Assembly: GCF_964213995.1 (NCBI RefSeq)
Contig: NW_027590163.1
Coordinates: 248,001-312,000, forward strand
DNA from: Mustelus asterias
Lineage: Eukaryota
Direction: 5' to 3'
Length of the DNA: 64,000 nucleotides
Shown: one piece after another, positions 50,466 to 63,349 of the stretch
Layout: each line of letters opens with the position of its first letter
Position numbering within the stretch: position 1 is the first letter of the stretch
The notes under the pieces: model-generated
Database searches by the model: none
Told to the model about the DNA's origin: nothing
The model's input: only the letters and a program-made list of their open reading frames with translations
Translations under genes and position numbers: made by a program

Positions 50466-51126
50466 TTTCGAAATGGGTTAATTTCAAATGATTCAGATTT
50501 ATTCTTGCTTTTCGCGAAACATTGATTGAGGTCTTGTGGCATTTAAAATGGGAATCACTCAATAAAGAGATTAAAAGGGAAGGTCTGTGATAGAGAGCAT
50601 AACAGGATGGGTTAACTGACACAAGGAATGATGGACAAGGGCAACATTGGGTGGTTCCCAATATTTTTATACTTTGCTGCTTTTATGGGTGAACTCCAGC
50701 TCTCAATTCCTCCGGCAATTTCACCGCTCAAACTGAGACTTTCTCCATTCCGCTTTGTTAATGTCACAGTTACTTCTTTCTGAATGAAAACTGCTTGCAA
50801 TCAGTCGAAGCCAAATAGTTTTGTGCTTCATTCAGCGAGAAGTTTTCTTATCATTTAGCCCGATATTGTTATCCCGAAATGAGTGAAATTTGTGCCAATG
50901 CAAACGGTTAAATCTGACCTATTACCAAATAGATTTTACCTCGTATCACCATCTCCATCATCAGCGCTTTTCATCCTATCTCTGTCCTTCACTATCTGTG
51001 TTTGTTTTTGACCTTTTATCCATGTGACATTTTCAACTCGGAAGCAAAACTACAAACCTCACTCCACCGTTTCTGGCAGAGCTGCTTTGGACCAGGAAGT
51101 ATTACGCTTTGTTTATCAAAAACATA

Positions 51127-51195
51127 AAATCTTAGTGCATCGAAGCCAGCCTGTGACCCCGAAAGCACCGAACACTAGCCACTAGATCAGCAGGA
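51127..51195 (-). pseudogene. tRNA-Glu(TTC) pseudogene
   Basis: gaaagcaccgaacactagccactagatcagcagga matches the reverse complement of the Glu 5' half. Confidence 0.6.
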
Positions 51196-51607
51196 TGTAA
51201 TTTTACTGATTTTCGCAGTCACGGATTACAGGAATGTGCACAGTGCCAATTATACACAGTCTCCCACTCCTTCCAGTCTGTTCAGATATGAAATTGTTCA
51301 TATTTTCACACTAGCTTCCAGTGTGACCAAAGCAGAGCTGTGACAAGCTAATGTTGTTCAGAATTTTTACCACACTCAGGTTTATAACATTTCGATGCCA
51401 ACATTCCTCGAACGTGGTGAGCTACAGTGAAATTTAATGCAGTTGAAGATAGCTTACTCATTTTTTCAGGAGGAACCAGCAAGGTCAAAGTAAATATGAA
51501 TTGCTGTGGGTTTTTGATGGGATTGTGCATTGGGACTGATATTTCGCTCTGCTGTTCAGATTGGCACAGGTATTGAACGACCATTTTCAGCCTGCAGTTG
51601 TGTTTTG

Positions 51608-51679
51608 GGTTCCGTGGTGTGATGGTGAGCACTCTGGACTCTGAATCCAGCAATCCGAGTTCAAAATTCGGCTTTAATT
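51608..51679 (+). pseudogene. tRNA-Gln(CTG) pseudogene (3' acceptor strand destroyed)
   Basis: ggttccgtggtgtgatggtgagcactctggactctgaatccagcaatccgagttcaaa, then diverges. Confidence 0.8.
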
Positions 51680-51914
51680 TGCAAATGCAGATGGTTGATT
51701 TGCGGAGGTGCATTTTGTTTAAATTTCTCACAAAGTACGAATCGAGAGGACAATTTGTCAGCCAGTTCCACTGCTATTACAATGCACATTGCTGAGCTTC
51801 TGGTGCCAGGTGCCTGCAACATCAGTGTTTTTCATCTTTTCGCTGCTCTTTAACTCCTCTGTTGAAAAAAAGAAACAGTTGGTGTCACACAATAACAATT
51901 CGACTGGAGTCTGA

Positions 51915-52065
51915 NNNNNNNNNNNNNNNNNNNNNNNNNNNNNNNNNNNNNNNNNNNNNNNNNNNNNNNNNNNNNNNNNNNNNNNNNNNNNNNNNNNNNN
52001 NNNNNNNNNNNNNNNNNNNNNNNNNNNNNNNNNNNNNNNNNNNNNNNNNNNNNNNNNNNNNNNNN
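51915..52065. other. Assembly gap (151 N)
   Basis: Run of n inside the tRNA-Gln repeat region. Confidence 1.
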
Positions 52066-53171
52066 CAGAGTGCTGTTGATTCAATGGGTGACGGTTCACA
52101 CTCTGGCCTCTCGCCTCCTAACCTTTGTTTAAATTTGGACAGGTAACAGAGTGAATTACACCTCTAGGTGGACACAAAGCCCACTGTCGCTTCCCCGACT
52201 CTCAGCGCTTTGTATTCTTGAGCAATCGTTCTCTAGGGCTGATGCAATGACGCCAAGAGAGTCATTCGCTGCAACAACTGCAACTTGCACATTGCTGAGT
52301 TTCTGGCGAAAGATGCCTGCATCAGCAATGTTTTTTCATCTTTCGCTGCTCTTTAAATCATCTGTTGAAAGAAAGGAGCAGTTGGTGTCACACAACACCA
52401 ACCATTCGACTGGAGATTGGCAATTATTGAGCAAGTGTGTGTTTGTGTGTTTTGGGAGAAAGGCCGAGTGTCATAGGTCAGAATGCTATCATTTCCATGT
52501 CGTAGCGCTTCGCAGTTTGGACTCTCGCCGTCCCACCTCTTGTTTAAATTGGGACAGGTGAGTAAGTGAATGGTACAAGTAGGTCGATCCCCAACAAAAT
52601 ATATACTGAATTCGTAACATCTTTTGAAATGATTAATCCTTATTATGTTTCATTTCATGTCAAACAGGGTGACAGATCCTTGTATCTTATTATTTAAAAC
52701 CTCAGCCCTTTGACGATGTAAACAGGTCAAGTTCAGTCAAAGAAAACTAATCCACATTGAACGAGAAAAAAAGACACTGAAGGTACTGCAAACCCCACCT
52801 CAAAACAGAAAATATTGGAAACAGCAGGTCAAACAGCGTCTACGGTGAGGGAAACAGAATGAATGGTTCGGGTCGCTGACGTTTTATCCAAACTGGAAGA
52901 AGTTAGATGTTTAATGGTTTACGAGCAAATACAGAGTGAGGGAAAATAGAGGGCGAGAACCCTATTTATGATCTTATGATAGGATGTAAGGCTGGAGTGA
53001 TTGAATGACAATGAGGATGATTATTGTTCCCACTGACATAATCTTCCAGATCTTGCTTTAAACCTTGCGCAAAATGAGAAGAAATTTGCTCTCTGAATTA
53101 AGGACTAAACTCTTCGACTGCCCGGGAAGCAGGGATAGCTTTAATTCAGAAAGCAGTGACGGTGAGATTAG

Positions 53172-53418
53172 TGGGGCGGCACGGTGGGACGGTGGTTTGC
53201 ACTGCTGCCTCACAGGGACAGGGACCCGAGTTAGATTCCCTGTTTGGGTCACTATCTGTGTGAAGTATGCACGTTCTTCCCGTGGCTGCATGGGTTTTCT
53301 CCCACAGTCGGAAAGATGTGCTGGTTAGGTGCACTGACCCGAGTGGGCGCTGGAGTGTGGCGGGTCGGTGAATTTCATCATAAATTGCAAAGTTAGCCTT
53401 ACTTGTGACTAACAAAGC
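53172..53418 (+). mobile_element. tRNA-headed V-SINE
   Basis: ggggcggcacggtgg...gcactgctgcctcacag...ttctcccacagtcggaaaga...cttacttgtgact. Confidence 0.8.
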
Positions 53419-53485
53419 AAAGCGGGATAGAGAAAGACTCCGTTTGAACGGTGACACTGCCAAGACTTCACCAACGAAAGCAGCA

Positions 53486-53558
53486 AACACAGCGTGGGGC
53501 TCGAACCCACGACCCTGAGATTGAGAGTTTCATACTCCACCAACTGACCGCGAGGGAC
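53486..53558 (-). pseudogene. tRNA-Lys(CTT)-derived pseudogene (anticodon now CTC)
   Basis: cgtggggctcgaacccacgaccctgagattgagagtttcat versus consensus ...gagattaagagtctcat; acceptor stem broken. Confidence 0.75.
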
Positions 53559-54066
53559 ACATATCAGAACTGGCACTTAATATTCTAAAATGCGTGGAGA
53601 CAAATATGGCTTTGCCATCTGGTGTCTCAGCTTGTTCTGATTACAATGTTTACAATTAATCAACCTACAGAATGCTTTAGGTAAGAAGGCACTCCTCTCT
53701 ATCATCAATAACTTCATTTACATCTTCCACTTCTTAGCTTCACCTCCTTTCAAACATTGCAAACTCCTCCTACATCTTTCACCTGAACATTTTTGATCTA
53801 AATACTCAAAACAGGTGGGGGAAACAGCGTCACAGTATGTCCGAAGTCAAACTGTCACCCCATTTTCAGACGTTTCAATCTGGTTAAGTGAATGTCCGCA
53901 AGGATTGTCACCTTTTGAAAATGCCTGGATTCTCTGTGAGTGTGTTGTGCTCACAGCAGCATTGCCGTGTGCGCTCAGGTTCTCAAATCATATCCCATGT
54001 GAGCCAATTCCGCCATGTCACGGGAATGAAACTAACAAAATCCACGTCTTACCCATTACAAAACAA

Positions 54067-54154
54067 GGGCGTGTTCAAGATTTGAACCCGGGACCTCTTG
54101 AAAGCTTTTGGACTTTAAACACCCAAAGTGAGAACACCCCTAGACCAACAAGCT
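54067..54154 (-). pseudogene. tRNA-Pro(TGG) pseudogene with a 19-nt insert at the canonical 37/38 intron position
   Basis: Reverse complement gcttgttggtctagggg..ttctcactt TGG g [tgtttaaagtccaaaagct] ttcaagaggtcccgggttcaaatc. Confidence 0.72.
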
Positions 54155-54594
54155 ATCGGTACAAAAGCGCGTCAACTAAATATATATTTTATTGCCATCC
54201 AAAAGCGGATCAGACATCTGCACTGAAATGTGGCAACGTTGGAAAAACTCAGGAAGTCAGACAGCGTCTGTCCATAGGGAAACAAAGATAAATATTCACC
54301 TCCAAGACCTTTCATTAACATTGGGAATGTTTAGAGATGTTGGGAGTTCAAAACAAATGAAATCCAGCAGGGAGGAAACATAACAACATCTGGTAGGGTG
54401 GAAGCCTGGAGAAAATGAATGAGGGAAACAGAGAATCACAGAATGATTATACCACAGGGTGAGACGATTACAAAGTTACTTGCACGACCGACGTGCGTTG
54501 TGGGTGAAGGGGAACCAGAGGACGTACTGTGCATATATTTCAACAGAACCACAGTGATGAGGTTGGTGGGCTTGAAAGTTGATCGTTACGCAAA

Positions 54595-55010
54595 GAAACA
54601 TAGGAACGTAGGAATTGGGAGCAGGTGTCGGCAAATTCAGCCCTTTGGTCCTGTTCCGCCATTCAATCAGATCATGGTTGACCTCTCTTTGATCTGAAAT
54701 CTACCTCCCCACCTGTTCTCTATACCCCTTTGATGCGTTTTTCTCTATCAGAAATATTTCTATCCCTTCTTGAAATCATTCAATGATTCAGACTCCACCG
54801 CGCTATGGGACAGCGAGTTCCATCAATGCACCACCCTTTGCGAGAAGTAGTTCTTCCTCATCTCAGTTTTAAATCCACGGGCTCTCAAACTATACACGTT
54901 CTTGTTCTTGATTGTCCCATAAGAAGAAGCTTTTGGTCTACCTTTTCTTTATCAATCCATTTAGAATTTTATATACCTCTATCAGATCCCCTCCCCATCC
55001 TTCTAAACTT
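54595..55010 (-). mobile_element. CR1 3' fragment
   Basis: Homologous to 48915-49290. Confidence 0.75.
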
Positions 55011-56218
55011 TAGCATTTTGTGGGACCATTTCACCTCACTGTCAATTCCATGACCCAGCGAATTCAACCCGTGTTGTCATTGGCTTAAGGAAGCAATTAT
55101 GTTCCATCCAAACAGGACATTTTGAAGGAGAAACGTGTCACAAGTGAAAAAGAACTGAGATGAAAATAATGAGCAAAGGGACATGTGTGAAGTCAGTTTG
55201 AAAAACACAGTTCACCGGTTTCAGTCGTCCAGTGGCTTGTGTTCATCACTCTCCCTGTGATGTCTGGTTTCAATTCCCGCTTTGGAAAAGAAGACTATTT
55301 GCTCTCAGCAAACCATTAATAATGATCTGATTTACTCTCTGATCGAAAGCAGATCTACTAGAATCAGCCGAGTGAGGTTTGCAAGTTTACATCAGAGCTG
55401 GAAGTTTCACATGTGCAACAGTTCAAGAACAAACACAGAAAGAGAAGGACAGTGATAGGGTGTATAGTACGAACGATTGAGAAGTTGTTGCAAGGTAAAA
55501 TCTGTTTTGGTAATTAGTCAGATTTTACCGTTTACATTGACACTGAATTATGAAACTTTTTCCCGCACTCTTCATTGAAAAGCATTTGGAAATATTTCTG
55601 TCCGGTTTCGAACCGTTGGAAACGAAAGTGATAATTGCACTGGAGTGTTTGTTATATGTTGTCATTGGCTGAACACATCACTGGTGTTGAAACAGAAGGC
55701 GCCATTTTGCAGGAGAAAGCTGTTTGTGGCGAAAGTGGCGTGAAAATTAAAGTAACAAAAGCAGCGTGGATAATTTAAATTCTAAAACACGCTGCTGGTC
55801 TGGTGATTAGAGTTTGACTTTTTCGCTGCTGTTTAGATTACTGGTCTGGAATTGAAGATTTATTGCCACCATCCAAACTCTGAAAACAAATATGAGTTAT
55901 TGCCTGGATGAACATATAAAACATAATATGATCCTTAAGTGCAAACTCTGTGCAAATTCAACAGGAGGTTCCGTTGTCATTTCTGGCAGGAAATTGGGAA
56001 GAGACGAGCTGATGGACAGTTTAAATGATGCCGGCCGTTCACTGCAGCTCATTGTGTTTCTGACATGAGGTGATTTCTGTTTGTTGCGCAGTTTAGGTTT
56101 ACCTGAATCAGAGAAGGAGCAGGCTCATGCTTCCTGATGGCCTTTCCAAGTTTCATTGCTTTTATTGAATTTCAGTAACATTATCATTAAATAACATGAC
56201 CGCGATATATTCCGAAGT

Positions 56219-56300
56219 GGTAGCGTGGCCGAGCGGTCTAAGGCGCTGGATTAAGGCTCCAGTTTCTGCGGAGGCGTGGGTTCGAATCCCACCGCTGCCA
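56219..56300 (+). tRNA. tRNA-Leu(AAG)
   Basis: 82 nt matching the vertebrate Leu-AAG sequence as remembered, except two variable-arm bases; intact A and B boxes; TTTT 13 nt downstream. Confidence 0.93.
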
Positions 56301-56469
56301 AAATAAATTTGCGTTTTGGTCTAACAGCTCAGATTGAGTGCAGGAGTGCGTGCAGTGTCGTTTTCGTCATGAGCAACGAGCAGGGACATGACCAACTTAA
56401 AACGTTGTTGGGGTAAAGCAGCGTGTGTTCAAGTGGCTCCTTTCGAGAGCACACATAGGCTGAATTTCT

Positions 56470-56605
56470 GACTGCCGAGTTGAACAACCTGATGAAGAAG
56501 CAGTTCTCCTGAAAGTTCGCAATTCCAAATAAGCCTGTTGGACTTTTACCTGGTGAGAATTCTTACTGTACCCACTCCAGTCCAACGCCGGCATCTTTGC
56601 ATCAT
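56470..56605 (+). mobile_element. Solo Penelope pseudo-LTR remnant with degenerate hammerhead
   Basis: cctgatgaagaagcagttctcctgaaag...cctgttggactttt...ccagtccaacgccggcatc. Confidence 0.7.
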
Positions 56606-57831
56606 GATATAAATAACAGGATTACAAACAGTGAGACTGTATTCCCTGCCCAGGAATTAAGGTGATGGACTTGAATTTTCGAAGTGAAGTTCAAAACCTA
56701 TCATGTACACGTCCCATCATTCCTCGTTCTAACCAGATATTTTCAGAATTAACCTGGCTCTTGTGATAACCACCGAACTACAGAAACACGGTGTGATGAC
56801 CTCGGGGCAAGCAGATCCGGTTTACTGAAGAAACAACTAGACTGGCTCCAGAAGCCCATCTTTTGCCCACAGCAATTGATATTACATTGTCTCTGCTGAT
56901 TTTTCCTGTCAAAATGAATAATGATACTTCCTACTGCATTAACGTTTCGTAATAACATGTTCGAGAAAAAGTATTCATGACGTGTAAAGCAAATCAACTG
57001 AACACCTGAAATTTGCGGCATTTGATCACTTTCCCCCACAAATGCTGCTGCCTCGAATTCAATGCCTCAGAACACTCATCAACGCTTTTAACAGAGGTGA
57101 TCCCTATCAGATCTGGTGCTGCAGGGAACGGAATTAGTGGAGTAGGGTTGGCTCACATGTCCCATGGAGTCTCCTCCGGAATTTAAGGAGAACATGACGA
57201 ATCCCAGGAATCAACATCAATTTCCAAACGTATCCTGATGGCCCTTCATTCCCTTAGATTCCAAAAATATCTCCCCCTGAAACTCCAATATTCTCATTAA
57301 CTGAGGATCTACAGACCTCTGGTGAAGGGTCACCCAGACTCGAATCGTTGGCTCTATTCTCTCTCCATAGATGCTGCCAGACCTGCTGAGATGTTCCAGC
57401 ATTGTCTATTTTTGTTTCAGATTCCAGCATCCGCAGTATTTTGCTTTTACCGCCACCATTTACATTCCCTTTGATTTATTTTCCATCACAACTTTGTCAA
57501 CTCTTCCCCACGGCTCCCACCCTCACACAACATATCCCACACTTAAAGTATCAATCTTGTCCTCTTTTCCTGTCTTCGGCTTTGATGACTGACCATACAG
57601 ATTTGAAATGTTGGCTCTATTCTCTCTCCAGAGATGCCGTCATGCCTGTTGAGATTTTCGAGCATTTTAAGTTTTTCTTTTAAGTTCCAGAATCTGCAGT
57701 AATTGGCTGTTGACTGAAGCAGTCATTCGTGTTCGATCTAAACATGAGGTTGTTTTTTCCCGACAAACCTTTGTCGAGTATTTGAAAAACGCTGCAAGGT
57801 ATCGGTCAGATTAAATTGCCAATTTGTATAT

Positions 57832-57903
57832 TCCCTGGTGGTCTAGTGGTTAGTATTTGGCGCTTTCACCGCCGCGGCCCGGGTTCGATTCCCGGTCATG
57901 GAA
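57832..57903 (+). tRNA. tRNA-Glu(TTC), near-intact (acceptor stem mismatch; possibly a young pseudogene)
   Basis: tccctggtggtctagtggttagtatttggcgctTTCaccgccgcggcccgggttcgattcccggtcatggaa, followed by TTTT. Confidence 0.8.
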
Positions 57904-58427
57904 TGTAGATTTTATAGCTGCCGACCAGCACATGATTTCGGAGGGGCTGAAATTACCTCCTGATCGATAACAGGAGTGATCATTGTGCCAGTTTGAACTC
58001 CCTGGAGAAACAAAATAAACCCATTTGCACAATCCCGTCAATTGTCCCCGGCAACTTTTCATTACATTCCCCTTGCTGCTTCCTCCTGTCAAAATGAATA
58101 ATAATGCATCCTACCCCACTAAATTTCACTGTAGCTCACCACATTCACAGATCATTCGTAACCTCTGCCTCTTCTATAGCTTCTTGTGGGAAATCTGCTG
58201 AACAACATTACCTGATCACAGCTCTGCTGTGATATCAGAGATTTGTATCTCATTGTTCATCATTACGGTCTCCATTGCTTTATTCCAGGTAACTGTCGCT
58301 ACAGACATAGTCACACAGTCATTCTACTTTCTGCAGCAAATGATATACTCTTCCTTTGCTTTCAGATACTTTCACCTCCAGAAACTGATTACACGCTCAG
58401 TAAAATGTTCTGTTTAGTTGACAGTTT

Positions 58428-58490
58428 ATCATCAATCCCGGGCCTTGGCGGTGAAAGCATTGACTCTGAACGACTTGACCACCCGGCCTC
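58428..58490 (-). pseudogene. tRNA-Glu(TTC) pseudogene
   Basis: cccgggccttggcggtgaaagc...cttgaccacc. Confidence 0.6.
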
Positions 58491-58934
58491 CACCATCACC
58501 AGCTAAATGTTGCCTTATCCATCACTCCCTGTTTCATTTAATCACCCTCCCTTGCTTTATATCACAGACCGTTCCTTCTGTTCTTTTCACAGGCTGATTC
58601 ATGGCGTTACCATCAGAAAATGTTGGAAATACTCGGCAGTTAATGATTCGTGGCAAATGTGTGATTATTTCTGAAAGCTGAATTACTCTGAAATTGAAAA
58701 CATTTGGAAATGTTTCTGTAAAGGTGAAATACTGCTCATGCTGCAACCCGAAACACACAAAACGAATACTGGAAAATCTCAGCAGGTCTGGCAGCATCTG
58801 TTAAGAGAGAACAGAGCCAGTGTGTCGAATCAGGAAATCTGGTGAAGGGTCATCCAGATTTGAAACGTTGGTTTCCCCACAGATGCCGTCAGTTCTGCTG
58901 AGATTTTCCAACATTTTCTATTCCTGTTTAATAC

Positions 58935-59000
58935 ATTTCTGCCCAGGATTGAACCAGGAAACTTGCGTGTGTACGGCGAACGCGATAATTACCAGAAACG
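58935..59000 (-). pseudogene. tRNA-Val pseudogene
   Basis: tttctgcccaggattgaaccagg...ggcgaacgcgataa. Confidence 0.6.
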
Positions 59001-59726
59001 CTGCGGTGCAACGATGTAAGGAAACTGGCTCCACAAACACGTCAATTGCCCACAGCAATTTATATTTGCATTGTGTTTACTGGTACCTCCTGTTAAAATG
59101 TTTAACGACACATTCTACTGCATGAAATTCACGTGATAACATGCACGACCGACCTTGTATTAAGTTGATCTTTCTCGACACCCTAGCTATGACTGTAACA
59201 GTACATTCTGCAATCTTTCGTTTCCTTCCCGATGAACGATATGCTTTTTCTGTGCAGCGCACAAGAAAAATGCTTTTCACTGTATGCTGATGCATGTGAC
59301 AATAAAAAAATCAAATCAAAGGTACTCAAGGAAATTAATTAATTGAACATTCAGCAGTGATGGGTTTCGATCATACGCCTTAACGAATGCTCCTACCCTG
59401 AATTCAGTGCCTGAGACTTCAATGCTGTCAGCAGAAGCCATTGGTACTGGATCTGGTATTGAGAGTGTACAGAATCAATGAAGTAGAACTGGGTCACATG
59501 TCCCATTGAGCCTCCTCCACGATTGATTCAAGGCAGATCCGCAACCTCAACCCCAATTTCCAAGCTTATCCCAATAGCCCTTCATTCCCTTAGATTTCAA
59601 AAACTACTCCAACTCAACCTTCAATGTCCTCATCGACTGAGGATCCACACACCTCTGGCCGGCTGCAGAATTCTAAAGATTCACAAGCCTTTGAGAGAAG
59701 AAATATCTCCTTACCTTAGGATTGAG

Positions 59727-62578
59727 ATGTGTTTACTTTAATGCCAGGGGTATAGTGAATAAAGGGGTTGAGCTCAGAGCGTGGATCGATGCCAGGAACT
59801 ATGATGTGGTGGCCATTACGTAGACTTGGATGTCTCAGGGACAGGACTGGATACTCCAGGTGCCGGGATTCAGAGGTTTCAGGAAGGACAGAGAGGGAGG
59901 CAAGAGAGGGGGTGGAGTGGCACTGCTGATCAGGGATAGTGTCACAGCTGTAGAGAAGGGGTATGCTGTGGAGGGATTGTCCACCGAGTCTCTGTGGGTG
60001 GAAGTTCGGAGTGGGAAGCGGCCGGTCACGTTGCTGGGAGTTTTCTATAGGCCGCCCAATAGTAACAGGGAGTTGGAGGAGCAGATAGGGAAACAGATCC
60101 TGGAGAAATGCAGTCATAGCAGAGTTGTTGTAATGGGAGACTTTAATTTCCCAAACATAGATTGAAATATCCCGAGGGTAAGGGGATTGGATGGGGAAGA
60201 GTTCGTTAGATGTGTTCAGGTGGGTTTACTGACACAGCATGTGGACAAGCCTACAAGAGGAGAGGCTGTACTTGATCTGATACTGACCAATGAACCTGGA
60301 CAGGTGTCAGATCTCTCAGTGGGAGAGCATCTTGGGGATAGCGATCATAACTCGATCTCCTTTCGGCTTGCATTGGAAAAAAGGAGGATCAGGCAAGCTA
60401 GGAAAGTGTTTATATGGAATAAGGGGAAATATGAAAACATTAGACAGCAAATTAGAGGAGTAAATTGGAAGGAGGTTTTCTCGGGGAAATGTACTGAAGA
60501 GAGGTGGCAGTTTTTCAAGGAATGTCTGTCTAGCGTTCTACAGGACAACGTTCCGAGCAGACAGGGAGGTGTTGGTCGGTTAGAGGAACCGTGGTGCACG
60601 AAAATTGTGCGGGACCCAGTCGAGAAGAAAAGGAAAGCGTACAAAAGGCTCAGAGAGCTTGGCGAAGATAGGGATTTAGAAGAGTGTATGGCTTGTAGGA
60701 AGGGACTAAAGAAAGAAATTAGGAGAGCCAGAAGGGGTCGCGAGAAGGCCCTGGCAGGAAGGATTAAGGAGAACCCTAAGGCGTTCTATAAATATGTGAA
60801 GAGTAAAAGGAAGAGACGTGACGGAATAGGGCCTATAAAAGGTGAAGGCGGGAAAGACTGTACGGAAACAGTAGAAATGGCAGAGGTGCTCAATGAGTAT
60901 TTTGTCTCGGTTTTCACAGAGCACAAGGACTTGGGTGGATGTACTGCGGGCGTGCGTAAAACTGAAAGGAGTGAGTATGTCGACTTTAAGAAAGAGGTGT
61001 GCAGGAATCTTTGAATGGCATCAAGATAGATAAGTCGCTGGGTCCGGATGGGATGTACCCCTGGTTACTGTGCGAGGCGAGGGAGGAGATTTCAGAGCCT
61101 CTGGCGATGATCTTTGCATCGTCGATGGAGATGGGAGAGGTGCCGGAGGACTGGAGGATTGCGGATGTGGTCCCTATTTTCAAGAAGGGGAATAGGGATA
61201 GCCCAGGTAATTACCGACCGGTGAGACTAACCTCAGTGGTTGGTAAACTGATGGGGAAGATCCTGAGGGACAGGATATATGAGCATTTAGAGAGGTTTAG
61301 TATGCTCAAGAATACTCAGCATGGCTTTGTCAAGGGCAGAAGTGCCTTACGAGCCTGGTGGAGTTCTTCGAAAATGTGACTAAACACATTGACGAAGGGA
61401 AGGCGGTAGATGTGGTTTATATGGATTTTAGCAAGGCGTTCAATAAGGTCCCCCATGCAAGGCTTCTAGAGAAAGTGAGAGGGCATGGGTCCAAGGGGCT
61501 GCGGCCCAGTGGATCCAGAACTGGCTTGCCCAAAGGAGGCAGAGAGTGGGTATAGATGGGAATTTTTCTAAATGGAGGTCGGTCACCAGTGGTGTGCCGC
61601 AGGGATCTGTTCTGGGACCCTTGCTGTTGATCATTTTCATAAATGACCTGGATGAGGAAACGTAGGGATGGGTTGGTAAGTTTGCCGACGACACGAAGGT
61701 CGGTGGGGTTGTGGATAGTCTGGAGGGATGTCAGAAGTTACAGAGGGACATAGATAGGATGCAAGACTGGGCGGAGAAGTGGCAGATGGACTTCAACCCA
61801 GATAAATGCATCGTGGTCCATTTTGGTAGGACAAATGGGATGAAGGAGTACAATATAAAGGGAAAGACTCTTAGTATGATAGAGGATCAGAAGGACCTTG
61901 GGGTCCGGGTCCATAGGATTCTAAAATCGGCCCCGCAGGTGGAGGAGGGGGTTAACAAGGCGTATGGTGTGGTGGCCTTTATCAATCGAGGGATTGAGTT
62001 TAGGAGTCCGGGGATAATGATGCAGCTATATCAGACCCTCGTCAGACCCCACTTGGAGTACTGTGCTCAGTTATGGTCGCCTCACTGTAGGAAGGATGTG
62101 GAAAAGATTGAAAGGGTGCAGAGGAGATTTACAAGGATGTTGCCTGGATTGAGTGGCATGCCTTATGAGGATAGGCTGAGGGAGCTCGGTCTTTTCTCCT
62201 TGGAGAGACGAAGGATGAGAGGAGACCTAATAGAGGTGTATACGATGTTGAGAGGCATAGATCGGGTGGACTCTCAGAGGCTTTTTCCCAGGGTGGAAAT
62301 GTCTGCTACGAGAGGACACAGGTTTAAGGTGCTGGGGGGTAGGTACAGGGGAGATGTTAGGGGTAAGTTTTTCACACAGAGGGTGGTGGGCGAGTGGAAT
62401 CGGTTGCCGTCAGTGGTGGTGGAGGTGAACTCAATAGGGTATTTTAAGAGACTCCTGGATGAGTACATGGAGCTTAATAGGATGGAGGGTTATAGGTAGG
62501 TGTAGAAGGTAGGAATGTGTTCGGCACAACTTGTGGGCCGAAGGGCCTGTTTGTGCTGTAGTTTTTCTATGTTTCTAT
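59727..62578 (+). mobile_element. CR1 LINE ORF2 (APE-RT) to 3' tail, with stops and frameshifts
   Basis: ORFs 59830-60165, 60187-61014, 60999-61379 and 61711-62499; TTTCTATG tail. Confidence 0.95.
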
Positions 62579-62658
62579 TATGAAGAGAAGAGAGGCTGCA
62601 TACTGTTGTCTTGATTATGAAGATGATACTTGGGTTCATTTTCATTTCTGTTTCACTG

Positions 62659-62958
62659 ATTCTCCCTCGTGCACCAATTCCAGGATCACTCTCCTGCCTC
62701 CGCCAATAGAACAAGTCTTACTGGAGGCGACCGTGACCTTAACATGTGTCATGTCTAACTGTAACACTGGATTCAACGTGTCCTGGAGCCGAGGAAAGAA
62801 GCCTTTAAAATCAGAGATTGTCGACCAACATTCAGGTAGTGTGGTCAGCAAATTAAACATTTCAAAACAAACGTGGCTGAGTGGGGACGTGTTCGAATGT
62901 GTGGCGAGCAATGAGGATCAGCCAACTCCTTTAAGAATATCTATCCACAAGGAAGACT
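62659..62958 (+). pseudogene. Immunoglobulin mu heavy chain Cmu3 exon (splice acceptor mutated)
   Basis: [22 protein letters not shown]...W...KPLKSEI...SKLNIS...[10 protein letters not shown]...PTPLR.SIHKE matches shark IgM CH3 as remembered; GTGAG donor at 62959; acceptor reads tttcacTG. Confidence 0.85.
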
Positions 62959-63349
62959 GTGAGCGGCCAGATTGAAACAATAGATCAGTCATTATGTATT
63001 TTCCAGTGTAAGTGGTTCAGTCAATCTTTGCTATTCAGTGTATTAATTGTGTACTTTGATTGGCAGTTCAAGCAAGTAAACACTGTGGGCCTGTGGATAA
63101 TAAATTCGATGTGAGAATTGAAAAGCAGATGAAGTAACAATAATTAGAAGACAACGCTTAGATGGAGTAAGAAGGGAGGAGGGACGTGATTTTAAGTTGA
63201 GCAGCAGAACAGACCAGTTCAGCCGAATGGCCTCTTTCTGTGCTGTAAGCTAAAAGTAACTTTCTAGTTCAGACCAAAATGTTCACCAAGAAATGGATTG
63301 GAACAACCTCTGCTCTGAACTGAAAAACTGGGCAAATCCCAAAATGAAA

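Noticed and set aside
53486-53558. Lys-body tRNA with a Glu anticodon as a mistranslating tRNA
   Set aside because: Acceptor and D stems are broken, so the anticodon change is most simply pseudogene decay.
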